From NCBI GenBank assembly GCA_044892505.1, contig CM097883.1, positions 105,276,177 to 105,340,000 of the forward strand: a stretch of 63,824 nucleotides of DNA. The letters are read 5' to 3'. Below the pieces are notes generated by a model. It was not told where the DNA came from. It made no database searches and was given only the letters and a program-made list of their open reading frames with translations. Below, piece by piece: positions 25,601 through 33,992 of the stretch. The stretch's first letter is position 1, and every line of letters starts with the position of its first letter. Source of the DNA: Schmidtea nova (lineage: Eukaryota). The position numbers and the translations under genes were made by a program.

Positions 25601-28600
25601 CACAGTATAACGAAAAGAGTGCAGTTGAGAATTGGAGATACAGCGCTCCACCTCAGTCAATGTACAACGAACCGATATACAAAGCGAAGCCGAATATGAT
25701 GCAGATGATGCCGATGACAAGTATATACCCGATAATTCCAGAAGGATGCAAAGTAAAACGAGGTGGAAGTGTAAATTCGTTGGAAGACACGCACACGATA
25801 GCGGTTATGTCCACAAATATGGGACCGATTTTAACAACAACCGTAGAAATAAACGGAAGAGAAATTGAAGCAATGATCGATACAGGCGCGAATATTTCGG
25901 CAATCGACATCAACTATATACCAGAGAAAAACCAAGGAGAAATTGAGAAAACGAATGTACATGTAATCGCGTGCAGTCAAGAGACAGTAGAAGTAGCCGG
26001 AAGATGGTTCGTAAGAATTAAGCATCGAGGTGCAGAGATCAACACGTACATCGCTGTAATACCATCGCTGAGTGTACCATGTATTATTGGAACTGACCTG
26101 ATGCCAGACCTGTTCAAGGAAATCGTAATCGATCTAGGAGCCATGAAGCTAAAAGATAGAACAGGAAAAATCTGCAGAATGAAAGTTAAAGTGGCAAGTG
26201 CGGAACAAATAGTAGTGCCAGCGAGGCACGAAATGATGTGCTATGTCAAGATCGATTCGACAATAAAGGGAGATATGGTATTCGAACCAAGTAAGAAGTT
26301 CGAAGCAAAGAAAGAATTACCAATGGCAAGAGAATTGGTTACGATAAATCAACAAGGAGAAATACCGATCAATCTGGTGAACTTCGACGAAGAGGACAAG
26401 ATAATATATGAGAATGAGAGATTGGGTAAATTGACACCCATGTCCGAAATCGAAATACCAGACAAGAACGAGAAAAGCAAAGACGAATTACCATGGAAAA
26501 TCGACAGTGTGTTGTTAGACGAACGACAAAAAGAACAGTTACAGAAACTGTTGATGGAATATAAAGATATATTCGCAGCATCAGATTTAGATCTGGGAAC
26601 ATGCGATGTAACATTACATACGATACCGTTGACGGACGAAACGCCGATCGCATTAAGACCATACAAACTGGCAGAAGCTCAAAAAGCAGTGGCAGAAGAA
26701 GAGGTACAAAAGATGTTAGATGCAGAGGTCATCGAACCTAGTTGCTCACCCTGGCAATTCCCAGTGGTGATGGTGAAAAAGAAGGATGGAACTCAGAGAT
26801 TCTGTATCGATTACAGACGGTTGAACGCAGTTACGAAAAGAGATACGTACCCACTGCCAGACATAAACGAAATGTTGTTGACGTTACAAGGAGCAGCTTA
26901 TTTCACGTCACTGGATTTAAAAAGTGGATATTGGCAGATCAAAATGAAAGACGAGGATAAAGAGAAGACAGCATTTACAATCGGACGAGATCTGTACCAA
27001 TTCAAGAAAATGCCGTTTGGGTTAACAAACGCGCCAGCATCATTCCAGAGATGCATGAATTTCGTAACACATGGCATAAAACAATGCATGGTGTACATCG
27101 ACGATCTATTGATCTACTCCGCAACATTCGAAGATCACTTACAAGACATCAGAAATGTGTTCGTGAAATTAAGGCAATGGAAACTGAAATTGAAGCCGTC
27201 AAAGTGCGATTGGGCAAAAGAGAAAGTGACTTTTTTAGGTCACATTGTATCGGCAAAAGGAAAAGAACCAGATCCAAGGAATATCGAAAAAGTCAAAGAA
27301 TGTCCACCACCAAAGACAGTGACTCAAATACAAGAATTTTTAGGATTGTGTGGATATTATCGAAAGTTCATCAAGGACTACGCAGGAATATCAAAGCCAA
27401 TGCAAGAATTGGTAAGACAAGATGTGTCGTTTGTATGGGGAGAAGAGCAACAAGCAGCATTTGAAACATTACGAGATAAGCTGATTACAGCACCAATATT
27501 GGTCCATCCAGACTTTAAGAAGCCATTTTTGCTGGCAACAGATGCAAGTGGATACGCAGCAGGAGCAGTACTAGGCCAATTTGACGAAGAAGGCAAGGAA
27601 AGAGTAATTGGGTACTATAGTCGAACGTTCAGAAAACATGAAAGGAATTACTCAGTCACAGAAAGAGAAGCCTATGCGATAATATTGGCAATCAAGCATT
27701 TCAAGTACCTACTGTGGGGTCATGAAATATATATCACGACGGATCATCAACCGCTAGTATGGTTAGGTCAACATAAAGAATCATCAAGTAGATTGATGCG
27801 TTGGGCGATGCAGTTACAAGAATACTCGCCATTCATAAAGTTTAAAGCAGGAAAAGCAAATGCAAATGCGGATTGCATGTCAAGGTTTACATTCCCAGAA
27901 TTGGTGAACCTAAACGCTCTGAAAATATGTGCATTAATAGCGGAGGATTTGGATTTCAGCGAACTAAGGAAAGATCAACTCGAAGACGAGGAGTTGGGAT
28001 TGATCAGCAAGTATTTGAAAGAAAGGGAAATAGAAATATTCGGCAAGAGCCAAACGTTGCGCGAACATATGCAGAAATATCAGCACCGATACGTGATGGA
28101 AAAAGGATGGTTATTGATACAGGATGGAGAACGGAGATTGATGTGCTTACCTGCGAATAGGCGAAAGGAAATCATGACTCAATATCATGACGGAAAATTA
28201 GGCGGACATATGTCAACAAAAAAGACAATCGGGAGACTGAGACAAAAGTACTTTTGGCCAACCATGGAAGATGATGTAAAAGAATGGATAAAGAACTGCT
28301 TAACCTGTGCAACAAGAAAGAACGTCGGAACAAAGTGGAAAACACCACTAAAACCTATGCCAATACCTGCAGAACCAATGGCGACGATAGCAATGGATGT
28401 AGTTGGACCATTGCCGGAAAGTTTAAAGGGGAATCAATATATATTAGTAGTCACGGACTATCTAACAAAGTTCCCAGAAGCATACGCAATACCGGATCAA
28501 AAGGCAAAAACAGTCGCGAGAATATTGGTGGAAGAGATATGCTGCAGATACGGAACACCAAAGAAAATCCTAACGGATCAAGGAACAAATTTCATGAGTG

Positions 28601-31600
28601 AAATATTGGACGAAGTTACGAATTACTTCAGAATTGCGAAATTACGAACATCCCCATACCATCCACAAACGAACGGTCAAACGGAAAGATTCAATGGAAC
28701 ATTAATACGCATGTTGTCAAATTACGTCAGTAAACATCAGACTGACTGGGACGAGTATATCAACTTGTGTTTAATGGCATATAGAATGTCAATACATGCA
28801 GCAACAAAGCTAAGTCCATTCCAACTGATGTACGGAAGAGATTGCAACTTACCGATCGATTTAGAATACCAACCACCATTATCACAGTACATGGAGGTTG
28901 ACGATTACGTTACAAAGTTCAAAGAAAGAATGCAAGAAATCTGGAAAACGGCGGAACTGAACATCAAGTTCTATCAAGAGAGTTACAAGGATCTGCATGA
29001 TCAGAAAAAGAATGTGAAAGCACATGATTTAAAAGTTGGAGATTGGGTGATAATCGAAACACCAGAGATAATACCCGGTACGGTCAAGAAACTCCAACGA
29101 CCAGGCAAAGGGCCATATGAAATCACAACAGTAAACGAAAATAATGTGCGAGTACGATTGGTGAACAATCCATTGGTAAGACCAATATACGTGAATGCAT
29201 GTCGATGCAGGAAAATACCAAAGACAGCAACTCTATCACCAGAGAAACGGGTAATGACAAGATCACAGACGGCGAGAATCAGTATGTTGCGAGTACAACA
29301 AAAGCCGCAAACAAGTCTAGAGGACAACCGAAGGGAGATAATAGACATCAAAGAACTGGCAAGGAAAACCAGAGAAATTATACCGGAATGGAGGTGGTGG
29401 CACGATTTCAATATACTGTCAGAAGTTCGAAAGAATGTAATGGAGTATGCAAAAGACAGAACAGCACATCCAATAACAAGGACGCTGCTAGAGGAGATCC
29501 CTCAGACATTGAATCTACAAGACAAAGACGGTAATACCGCGTTGCACAATGCAATCAAGCACAGTGGAAACGAAAAAGTGAAGGAAATTGTAGGGATGAT
29601 ACTCGAAGGTGGAGGAGAAATTGACAAAGTGAATTGGGAAGGAATTACTCCACTTATGATGATGACGATTCATGGAAGAAAAGATGAAATAATCAAGCTA
29701 TTCGGAAACACCAGATCGAATTGGTTGACAAAAGATAAAGAGGGACGAACATTCTTGAATCATGCAATTGATAGAGCGAATCACCGAATACTGAAGTATA
29801 TCACGGAAAATGCCACGTGGGAAATCGATGAACTAACTAGAGGATCGATCATGAAACAAGCAATCGGAGTAAGAAATAGTAAAACCTGGAGAATATTGCT
29901 AAAGTGGAAACGACCAGAAGGAGATTCGTGGGTCATAGATTGTAATGAAGTGTTCATAAGGGGAGAAAATGCGTTACTGAAACATCTATTAGAAGTAACA
30001 TACGATCCAAAAACACTTGCAGTGTTGATAGCGAGAGATACGCTACGGGTTAGTGAGAACCCAAGAGAATACAAGCTGGAAGACAGAAAGAAAGAATTAT
30101 TCGGATTAATCAAGAAATGGTGTGATAAACAATGGAATCCGGATATGAGCTTCGAACATTTCTATGACATCCAAAAGCAGCACAAAGAAATAAGCAAGCG
30201 ATATAAAGAGCTGGTGGAAGCATTGAAATATGGACAATTCTTCAGACAAGCAGTGTATCAAGACCAACGAATGAAACAGATGCAAACGCGAATAAGAAGC
30301 AAAGCAGTGTTGTTCAATGCAAAAGCGGAATATCAAGAGAGATTAGACGCAATCATAGCAAAAGCACAGGAAAGATTATCGGAATTCAAGGAGAATAAAA
30401 ACTCGTTGGAAATACTAGGAGCAATTACAGAGAAAGTACACAGATACGCACAAGGAGATTATAACGAGAGTGACATAGAAACGATCAAAAATCAAATGCC
30501 AGTGGCATTCCTATTATCAAAGGATGGGAGATTGCCGATACACTGGGCATTACGTCGAAAGAAAGAAAACGAAGTGCTAGAAATAACGAAAGCAATGGTC
30601 AAATGCGAAGCGGACATGAATACGGTTGATGATAACGGAGATACAATCATGATAATCGCAGCAAGAAAGAAGACGAGCCTGAAAGTACTAAACGAGTTAT
30701 ACGAAGCAGGAGCAAAAATCGAAGGGAAAAATGGAAAGAATAATTCCATCATAGATATCGCAATACAGTGGAACAACTTCGAGATGATCAAGTTCATAAA
30801 GTCCATCAAGAGACAAGAGGACATGGAATATCTGGCAAATAACGTAAAGAAGTTCAGTCTGACAGTAATGATACACGACATAGAGAAAACAAGAGCATTA
30901 CTAACATGGGTGAATCCGATCACCAAGGAACCGGCATTCAAGATCAATGACCATATAGAACAGAATCAGAATTGGTGTATCAGAAGCGCGTTGTTAAGAC
31001 ACAAAAAGCCAGAGATAGTAGAAGAATTCTTAAAGAGAAGAGATTTGAAGTTCACGAACAATCCAAAGGAACCCGAACGAACGGGAAGATGGAAAGACTT
31101 GTTCAGAAAATATGTGAATGAATGGACAAATGCCAAAGAAGCGATCAAGCAAAGTAGACTAGAAGACAGGGAACCATCCAAGGAGATGGAAATACGTGAA
31201 TTCGAGTCTAGCACACTCGCGGTTCAAGCGTATGAAAGATTGATTGAAGAAATTAATGTCGAGGACGACATTTTCAAAGGACCAGGGGGTGGTTACAGAG
31301 ATTTCGACGACAAAAGCAACAACGAAGAGAACAACGAAGACAATGACAACAAAAGAACGGAGGATAATGAAAAAGGAAGACAAGAAGAACCGAAGCCAAC
31401 GAGAAACGACAAGAAAAGAGAAGCAGAAGAACAAGAAAACAGTGGAACAAAAGACGAACATGCGAACTATGGAAAACGAACAGGAAGTCTACTTTTGAGA
31501 CCAGAAATGTTGTGTATCGCGATATTGTTAACAATCATCGGACAAGGAGAAGCCAAGAAACAATACGTCACGCTGGAAATAATCAGAGGAAACGAAGTAT

Positions 31601-33429
31601 ACGAAAGAATATGCTGGAAAGAGAACATGAGGAAAAACGATACGCTGAAGTGTATATTGTCAGATCTGAAGCGAGACGTCATCCAAATCAAGGGATTGGA
31701 AAAAGAAAAGTCATACATAATATGCGCAATAAAGCAGAGAGGAGAACCAAAAGCACCTCAAGTAACTGAATGTCAATTATATAAAGCAACAGAAGCGCTG
31801 AAAATACAGAAATGGATTGGAAAAAGAAGCGAAGAGACAACGAGAAGAACAGAAGTGGAACCAGAGAAAGGGAAGAATCAAACGGAAGCAGAAGAGGGAA
31901 TCAGAAACCGAACAGAGAAAGAAAGAATAACCAAAAATTCAGCGGGCAAATTAACATTCCAACCGGAATTGATATGTGTAGCATTAATACTAATCCTCAT
32001 TAAGAGAATCATGGAGGACATAGATATCAGCGTGATGACGTTGGTAAATATCCAAGACCAACGAACAACGAACGGAAGATGTTGGGGACGAAACAATGAA
32101 GTAATTGGAATCAGTGAAACAAGAGAAAGTCGAGAGGCAGAGACAAATGAGGAAATCGAGATAACTGAAATGGAAACAGAGAAAACATGTGAACTATGTC
32201 TCATGGAAAAAGCAACAAACGGAAACAGACCAGGAACAAGCGAGTGTAAAGTGTTCCAAGCAAAGGAGATAATTGAGTTCCCAAAAAGAAAGAAACAAGA
32301 TCAAGAAATGATTGCGAATGAAGTAGTAACCGTGGAGATAAAAAACATTGGTCGGAGAACAATTGGGATGTGTTGGAGAAAATACATCGGAGTATCGACC
32401 AGTCACGTACTACCGCAATGCAGAACGAGAGAACGAGGAATTCCGTTTCAACTAAATGGATTCGAAGTCGGACAAGCTTACGAAATTTGCATAATCCGAA
32501 GAATAAGAGAAATAATACAAAGAAGCCTGGAGTGCAAACTGTACAAGACGCCAGAGCAAATTAACGGAACAAGAACGATTGAAATGGGAAGAAGTCGACG
32601 GAGGAAAAGAAAGTCAAGAAGAACCACGACAACCAACAGTCAAGGAACTCAACAGACAACAGAAGGGACGTCAACAAAAAACGAACCGGAATCAACGACT
32701 CTGATAATATGGAAGATCCATAAAAAGGTCCTAGAAATCTGTTGGACATTAATGCCAAACAGTATGAGAGAGTCTCCACGAAACTGTCAAAAGACATCAA
32801 ATGACAAAAGGGAAATAATCGAGGTAGAAATGAGGAGGTTGAAAACAAACGCAGAATACGAAGTGTGTGCAATCGAAGAAGTAGACGCACAAGGAAATCA
32901 ACAAGAAAGGTGCGAAACCTATTACACGCCAAGGAACATAACGATAAAAGGGGGAACCCGCAAGTTAGAATTCCGAGAATTGAGTCAGAAAAGAGAACAA
33001 ACAGAGACGGAGGAAATACTACAAAATCAACAAGAAAGATGGGAACCCGAGAAAGTGATCGAAGAAGTCAGACAGAGACAACAACAATATGAACAATGGG
33101 AAGCAGAATGGAAAGGTCAATATGGCGTGATGATAAACCAAAGTGAAACTCCGAAGAGGAGCGTTGGGAAAACAATAATGGGATTAATCAGCATGGGAGT
33201 ATTCATAGGGTGTATACCGCTGATAACGATCATGATAGTATGTTGGAGATATGGCATGAGAAATAAGACCATAGCAGTAAAATGGCCAGACGTAAAGGTC
33301 ACGAACTACAACATAAAACTACCAAAAGGAGTACGAGAGGAACTGAAAAGACGATCAAAACACGAAGAGATGTGGGTACAGATCGAGGACGAAGAACTGT
33401 ACGAAGGAAAACCAGTGATAGTTGTATAG
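18547..33429 (+). CDS. 4960-aa Gag-Ubl-Bcl2-Env-Pol-Ank-FN3 polyprotein
   Basis: Single open frame; motifs listed in the sub-features. Confidence 0.96.
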   Translation: MSDHREDLREKFKGEPFNGDASRLDTFLKEFGIFVDICGWSAETLANRIPLYLKDSALDLYIEKRSGSNPPRTWEAIKEFFQQTFGINKVLNEAFDEFSARKQRRNESNAVYASELRKLAKLAFNRGSPVDEELMTALFVRGLRRPDIRAQVGCKGCKTVDEALEAANLFELHMEMNDMRITAVMGKTTEDEEQGKRNMNQSIPHSQRLFKEPPARKNNGYITVNTNGGNSYNDRQNRQCQTCGKNGHWQQECFQNVACKLCGQKGHSENRCYGKTCYTCGKTGHMSRDCNQQRSWSNSGNRQNYGNRPSYGNQGQQRNNPNSSANEASIKEAKLRQEVSRLHEIIESMAKGSQQAAQPKINMIQLIEAEAERENRESQQKHNQEWARVRREEEQVRQQRLQQLKKGNPRINMMRAMMEEKQQDESDEFEVKEKRNEEQRQEEVNQEVQEVEAAEQNQKVEEIEKETNQEAEVRIKQRGMLVIMPNDHVWRFKYDVKEEVGRLFNKVNEMMPGVTKLPREAFLQTEDLPEVKLKMTDIWEDMGVTETKINVMIIREVEPEKIPPPVKHQTRISRIFKGKIRRRRLEEIDELEKRMGKAEVTGNENELIQEVSKNEARPTAHIGMLRHPRQELSDEEDDSEVSSLAGDMLKEPENEDKKMEVVETIETMSVKEEEIQKLMDNALEVIHNEEYIDKKRYRKFIRAVWQMKYKEWLQEREVRVIQEFIEKLLKEPLNEYVIQIWINGCSPRIWIRNPMTDGIYRWVEDRLGSSYQDKFIYSENGLVRKGTHMIDTGIWPGEITTLSICNTKKEENLQGIVKEANTCYEMRIKPQLLEAKERILAENLNTMIEQIIQQIKKHRKELTKSEYENLKQCIENIRDTSQTRHSNFKTDKLIAKMGKEMFKRGEVSDLKITVRLPNEETKQIEVIPDSKVGEIVDVINETILQREREDEFEDDIAIKYKEHLLNERDERRAYKIGIWDNYQTIHVIRMDDVPRITTKDEERRKKRQEDVMRKLRQIVEIYRNWQMKPEWETILGELDLNRRRLTPVEKQWDNKEKCWKVKRGVYEEDPEGEDRYERNTKRICMVTRRLLPTDLDGPETAVIWAELEKQKTSELIELTRGNTRGKRQTIKGLAQFIISNGEDITNLRKVAKAIAEYKRVNEWCPEQLDDVIKKWRNKEFAEETPQKIHLRIMYPNQRKEEFWVMLTEKVKSVKEKLMYELPFHLQHQGRSLDNNLEIWLTPVQLDLMNTLTVAQIVGQPLKFKEEKKTKGSLSTPSPMKSTMTPGTSSGQARTTPIKTRERTPPEAYDVDEILTDSDEAIEELTKLTQKPTANIFDRIIEMPITSPAEIDDQGVEQEVVIEMVNDSEDEQEQPQFTQEMERWLEQRANEGRDVTEETGRATRFVETGTGMEKRPRGRPKIDPATAIPKTREERRQEQWEICLKKLDKIAEIRGKEENQVCQGEEWLTKTIMDVLAIIDPELKNLWRINEPSTKARMLHNAIAPIMPELIKAKTKSNHLDWQGTTMLIKRLLNGAETDSKYLVAISYTIYNLLTLSRGSPKSSPMGRHIKNTAMIIEKEIEPYILRKGGWEKFIKENQTKEGSNVMRKKLEGVLREMENRQTMQGNGRSTLNLNSIIMMMLVWLLSTEGVTTFEVFDCDQMKLGEKYSLRGTEQCKDATPVELKEIKKEQWYHVYQEAELIKTMVNECKVQKTRFAFYCGRGHYSAIVMPGTEREPIVLQGEDCEALFKHGEVTTRDKIKIKGKPGMMLQQTYYVAGRITGGEGYCQGETYPIFGVPATNLVVMDTYIVELKSYEAFFEPTTGEMKTLSMCKIDRSMCQTGMSTLVYKPKVNECQLQLLQGAKFDEIQGNTFQEEDDDDKARAKHLKEALENKRQLRPDHREKRIEMRATPTVLITTNQDVGMRFIKRKATLKCSTTVYETNYPGIYVSKQEVPNAKPKIDTMDIKLHLYVNNKMDFLFHRGQASLQKVYYDLINNDCILNREILKTKLAVAITNPDSAMPLLPLREGHFGRVVGEAMYVYICEKTHASLAATTQLKPGQCTNELEIDYKGKVRYVQPVTRIINPPGFEPNPFNCSNAYGPLYQKPDGKWVMFPGRTEVLAPREFELMQLSKDRQFSDVDVSNNGIYSPKDLEAARQNILFPARREALLSNIVTITGGTNYREGPNYELLLSPAHFKKATENMMKAMWGRFLIFGQMMAGILGVILIIQIVRVIITQMLACFDIYKREKKVNWKMVVGFLPFLAKTMVLHGHSKDIHRIKRLLKILAKMKGTNEDVGRKFKKIMQDEQARRQLKKERKGLWERVRGYRTQDDSSNDDDDDDQGGQANINQIPQYNEKSAVENWRYSAPPQSMYNEPIYKAKPNMMQMMPMTSIYPIIPEGCKVKRGGSVNSLEDTHTIAVMSTNMGPILTTTVEINGREIEAMIDTGANISAIDINYIPEKNQGEIEKTNVHVIACSQETVEVAGRWFVRIKHRGAEINTYIAVIPSLSVPCIIGTDLMPDLFKEIVIDLGAMKLKDRTGKICRMKVKVASAEQIVVPARHEMMCYVKIDSTIKGDMVFEPSKKFEAKKELPMARELVTINQQGEIPINLVNFDEEDKIIYENERLGKLTPMSEIEIPDKNEKSKDELPWKIDSVLLDERQKEQLQKLLMEYKDIFAASDLDLGTCDVTLHTIPLTDETPIALRPYKLAEAQKAVAEEEVQKMLDAEVIEPSCSPWQFPVVMVKKKDGTQRFCIDYRRLNAVTKRDTYPLPDINEMLLTLQGAAYFTSLDLKSGYWQIKMKDEDKEKTAFTIGRDLYQFKKMPFGLTNAPASFQRCMNFVTHGIKQCMVYIDDLLIYSATFEDHLQDIRNVFVKLRQWKLKLKPSKCDWAKEKVTFLGHIVSAKGKEPDPRNIEKVKECPPPKTVTQIQEFLGLCGYYRKFIKDYAGISKPMQELVRQDVSFVWGEEQQAAFETLRDKLITAPILVHPDFKKPFLLATDASGYAAGAVLGQFDEEGKERVIGYYSRTFRKHERNYSVTEREAYAIILAIKHFKYLLWGHEIYITTDHQPLVWLGQHKESSSRLMRWAMQLQEYSPFIKFKAGKANANADCMSRFTFPELVNLNALKICALIAEDLDFSELRKDQLEDEELGLISKYLKEREIEIFGKSQTLREHMQKYQHRYVMEKGWLLIQDGERRLMCLPANRRKEIMTQYHDGKLGGHMSTKKTIGRLRQKYFWPTMEDDVKEWIKNCLTCATRKNVGTKWKTPLKPMPIPAEPMATIAMDVVGPLPESLKGNQYILVVTDYLTKFPEAYAIPDQKAKTVARILVEEICCRYGTPKKILTDQGTNFMSEILDEVTNYFRIAKLRTSPYHPQTNGQTERFNGTLIRMLSNYVSKHQTDWDEYINLCLMAYRMSIHAATKLSPFQLMYGRDCNLPIDLEYQPPLSQYMEVDDYVTKFKERMQEIWKTAELNIKFYQESYKDLHDQKKNVKAHDLKVGDWVIIETPEIIPGTVKKLQRPGKGPYEITTVNENNVRVRLVNNPLVRPIYVNACRCRKIPKTATLSPEKRVMTRSQTARISMLRVQQKPQTSLEDNRREIIDIKELARKTREIIPEWRWWHDFNILSEVRKNVMEYAKDRTAHPITRTLLEEIPQTLNLQDKDGNTALHNAIKHSGNEKVKEIVGMILEGGGEIDKVNWEGITPLMMMTIHGRKDEIIKLFGNTRSNWLTKDKEGRTFLNHAIDRANHRILKYITENATWEIDELTRGSIMKQAIGVRNSKTWRILLKWKRPEGDSWVIDCNEVFIRGENALLKHLLEVTYDPKTLAVLIARDTLRVSENPREYKLEDRKKELFGLIKKWCDKQWNPDMSFEHFYDIQKQHKEISKRYKELVEALKYGQFFRQAVYQDQRMKQMQTRIRSKAVLFNAKAEYQERLDAIIAKAQERLSEFKENKNSLEILGAITEKVHRYAQGDYNESDIETIKNQMPVAFLLSKDGRLPIHWALRRKKENEVLEITKAMVKCEADMNTVDDNGDTIMIIAARKKTSLKVLNELYEAGAKIEGKNGKNNSIIDIAIQWNNFEMIKFIKSIKRQEDMEYLANNVKKFSLTVMIHDIEKTRALLTWVNPITKEPAFKINDHIEQNQNWCIRSALLRHKKPEIVEEFLKRRDLKFTNNPKEPERTGRWKDLFRKYVNEWTNAKEAIKQSRLEDREPSKEMEIREFESSTLAVQAYERLIEEINVEDDIFKGPGGGYRDFDDKSNNEENNEDNDNKRTEDNEKGRQEEPKPTRNDKKREAEEQENSGTKDEHANYGKRTGSLLLRPEMLCIAILLTIIGQGEAKKQYVTLEIIRGNEVYERICWKENMRKNDTLKCILSDLKRDVIQIKGLEKEKSYIICAIKQRGEPKAPQVTECQLYKATEALKIQKWIGKRSEETTRRTEVEPEKGKNQTEAEEGIRNRTEKERITKNSAGKLTFQPELICVALILILIKRIMEDIDISVMTLVNIQDQRTTNGRCWGRNNEVIGISETRESREAETNEEIEITEMETEKTCELCLMEKATNGNRPGTSECKVFQAKEIIEFPKRKKQDQEMIANEVVTVEIKNIGRRTIGMCWRKYIGVSTSHVLPQCRTRERGIPFQLNGFEVGQAYEICIIRRIREIIQRSLECKLYKTPEQINGTRTIEMGRSRRRKRKSRRTTTTNSQGTQQTTEGTSTKNEPESTTLIIWKIHKKVLEICWTLMPNSMRESPRNCQKTSNDKREIIEVEMRRLKTNAEYEVCAIEEVDAQGNQQERCETYYTPRNITIKGGTRKLEFRELSQKREQTETEEILQNQQERWEPEKVIEEVRQRQQQYEQWEAEWKGQYGVMINQSETPKRSVGKTIMGLISMGVFIGCIPLITIMIVCWRYGMRNKTIAVKWPDVKVTNYNIKLPKGVREELKRRSKHEEMWVQIEDEELYEGKPVIVV
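20752..22320 (+). other. Three ubiquitin-like domains (20752-20958, 21271-21516, 22105-22320)
   Basis: By-eye alignment to ubiquitin, e.g. LKITVRLPNEETKQIEVIPDSKVGEIVDVI...YQTIHVI and IHLRIMYPNQRKEEFWV...KVKSVKEKL...HQGRSLDN...NTLTV; none ends in GG; first copy weakest. Confidence 0.6.
22940..23340 (+). other. Bcl-2-like domain
   Basis: EPYILRKGGWEKFIKE resembles BH2 (WIQ.NGGWD.FV); preceding helical pattern and spacing fit BH1-BH2, but NWGR is not conserved. Confidence 0.65.
23443..25400 (+). other. env: Envelope/fusion glycoprotein (chuvirus-glycoprotein-like, class III type)
   Basis: Internal signal peptide IIMMMLVWLLSTEG, Cys-rich ectodomain starting FEVFDC, TM at 25171-25272; collinear homolog at 58900-60790 (-). 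Confidence 0.8.
25820..26170 (+). other. Aspartic protease
   Basis: EAMIDTGANISAI (DTG at 25879); CIIGTDLM. Confidence 0.93.
26590..27880 (+). other. pol: Reverse transcriptase and RNase H
   Basis: SPWQFPVVMVKKKDG..RFCIDYRRLN, MPFGLTNAPASFQ, VYIDD (27094); LATDASG, TERE, TDHQPL, NADCMSR. Confidence 0.97.
28000..29220 (+). other. Integrase (HHCC, DDE, GPY)
   Basis: HDGKLGGH...CLTC; AMDVVGP; LTDQGTNF; NGQTERFN; GKGPYEI. Confidence 0.96.
29500..30810 (+). other. Ankyrin repeats, two blocks (~29500-29880, ~30510-30810)
   Basis: QDKDGNTALHNAI, VNWEGITPLMM, DKEGRTFLNHAI; KDGRLPIHWAL, DDNGDTIMIIAA, GKNNSIIDIAI. Confidence 0.9.
31483..33429 (+). other. C-terminal membrane module: internal signal-like segments, four FN3-like repeats, TM (33175-33246), cytoplasmic tail
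   Basis: Repeated CW...L....Y(E/I)(I/V)C...EC..Y.T at ~31560-31790, 32020-32260, 32320-32550, 32690-32930; hydrophobic EMLCIAILLTIIGQGEA and ELICVALILILIK. Confidence 0.65.
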
Positions 33430-33552
33430 AGGGTGGAATATGAGTGTAAATAATAGTGTAAAAACCAATGCATAACCGTATACGTATGGGTATAAATATT
33501 ATAAAGCATAAAAACAGAAAAAAGAGAATGATGTATATAATCTAGAAAAACG

Positions 33553-33903
33553 ATGAACCAAGAAAATATCGAGATGTCAATGATGACGAGATGGAAAGTA
33601 CAATGCGACCTGCTAGCCAGAACAGTAAATGAATTACAGAGCCAGTTGACGGCAAAAACGCAATTATTAACCGAGAGCTATAACTGTAATTTCGAAGCAA
33701 TGAACAAAATCGAGATTCAACAACTACAGATAAACGAATTACAGAACGAGAATCGAACATTAAATGAAGTGAACAACTGGCAAGCAGAGGAAATTGACCG
33801 ATTAACGAGACATGAAGAGGAGGAGATACCGGATAGTTGGACGAGCTGGATTATAAATGAGATAGACGTGTATCCAGAGCCGGATTCAACTGAGGATGTA
33901 TAG
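33553..33903 (+). CDS. Coiled-coil accessory protein (116 aa)
   Basis: Sense ORF, heptad pattern, acidic tail, same codon style as the polyprotein. Confidence 0.6.
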   Translation: MNQENIEMSMMTRWKVQCDLLARTVNELQSQLTAKTQLLTESYNCNFEAMNKIEIQQLQINELQNENRTLNEVNNWQAEEIDRLTRHEEEEIPDSWTSWIINEIDVYPEPDSTEDV

Positions 33904-33992
33904 TGAATAAGCGGAAAATTGTGTAAATACGTGTAAATAAAGAACCAGAAAAAATCAAAATATGGGGAAATTGATGTAAATATTGTTAAAGA

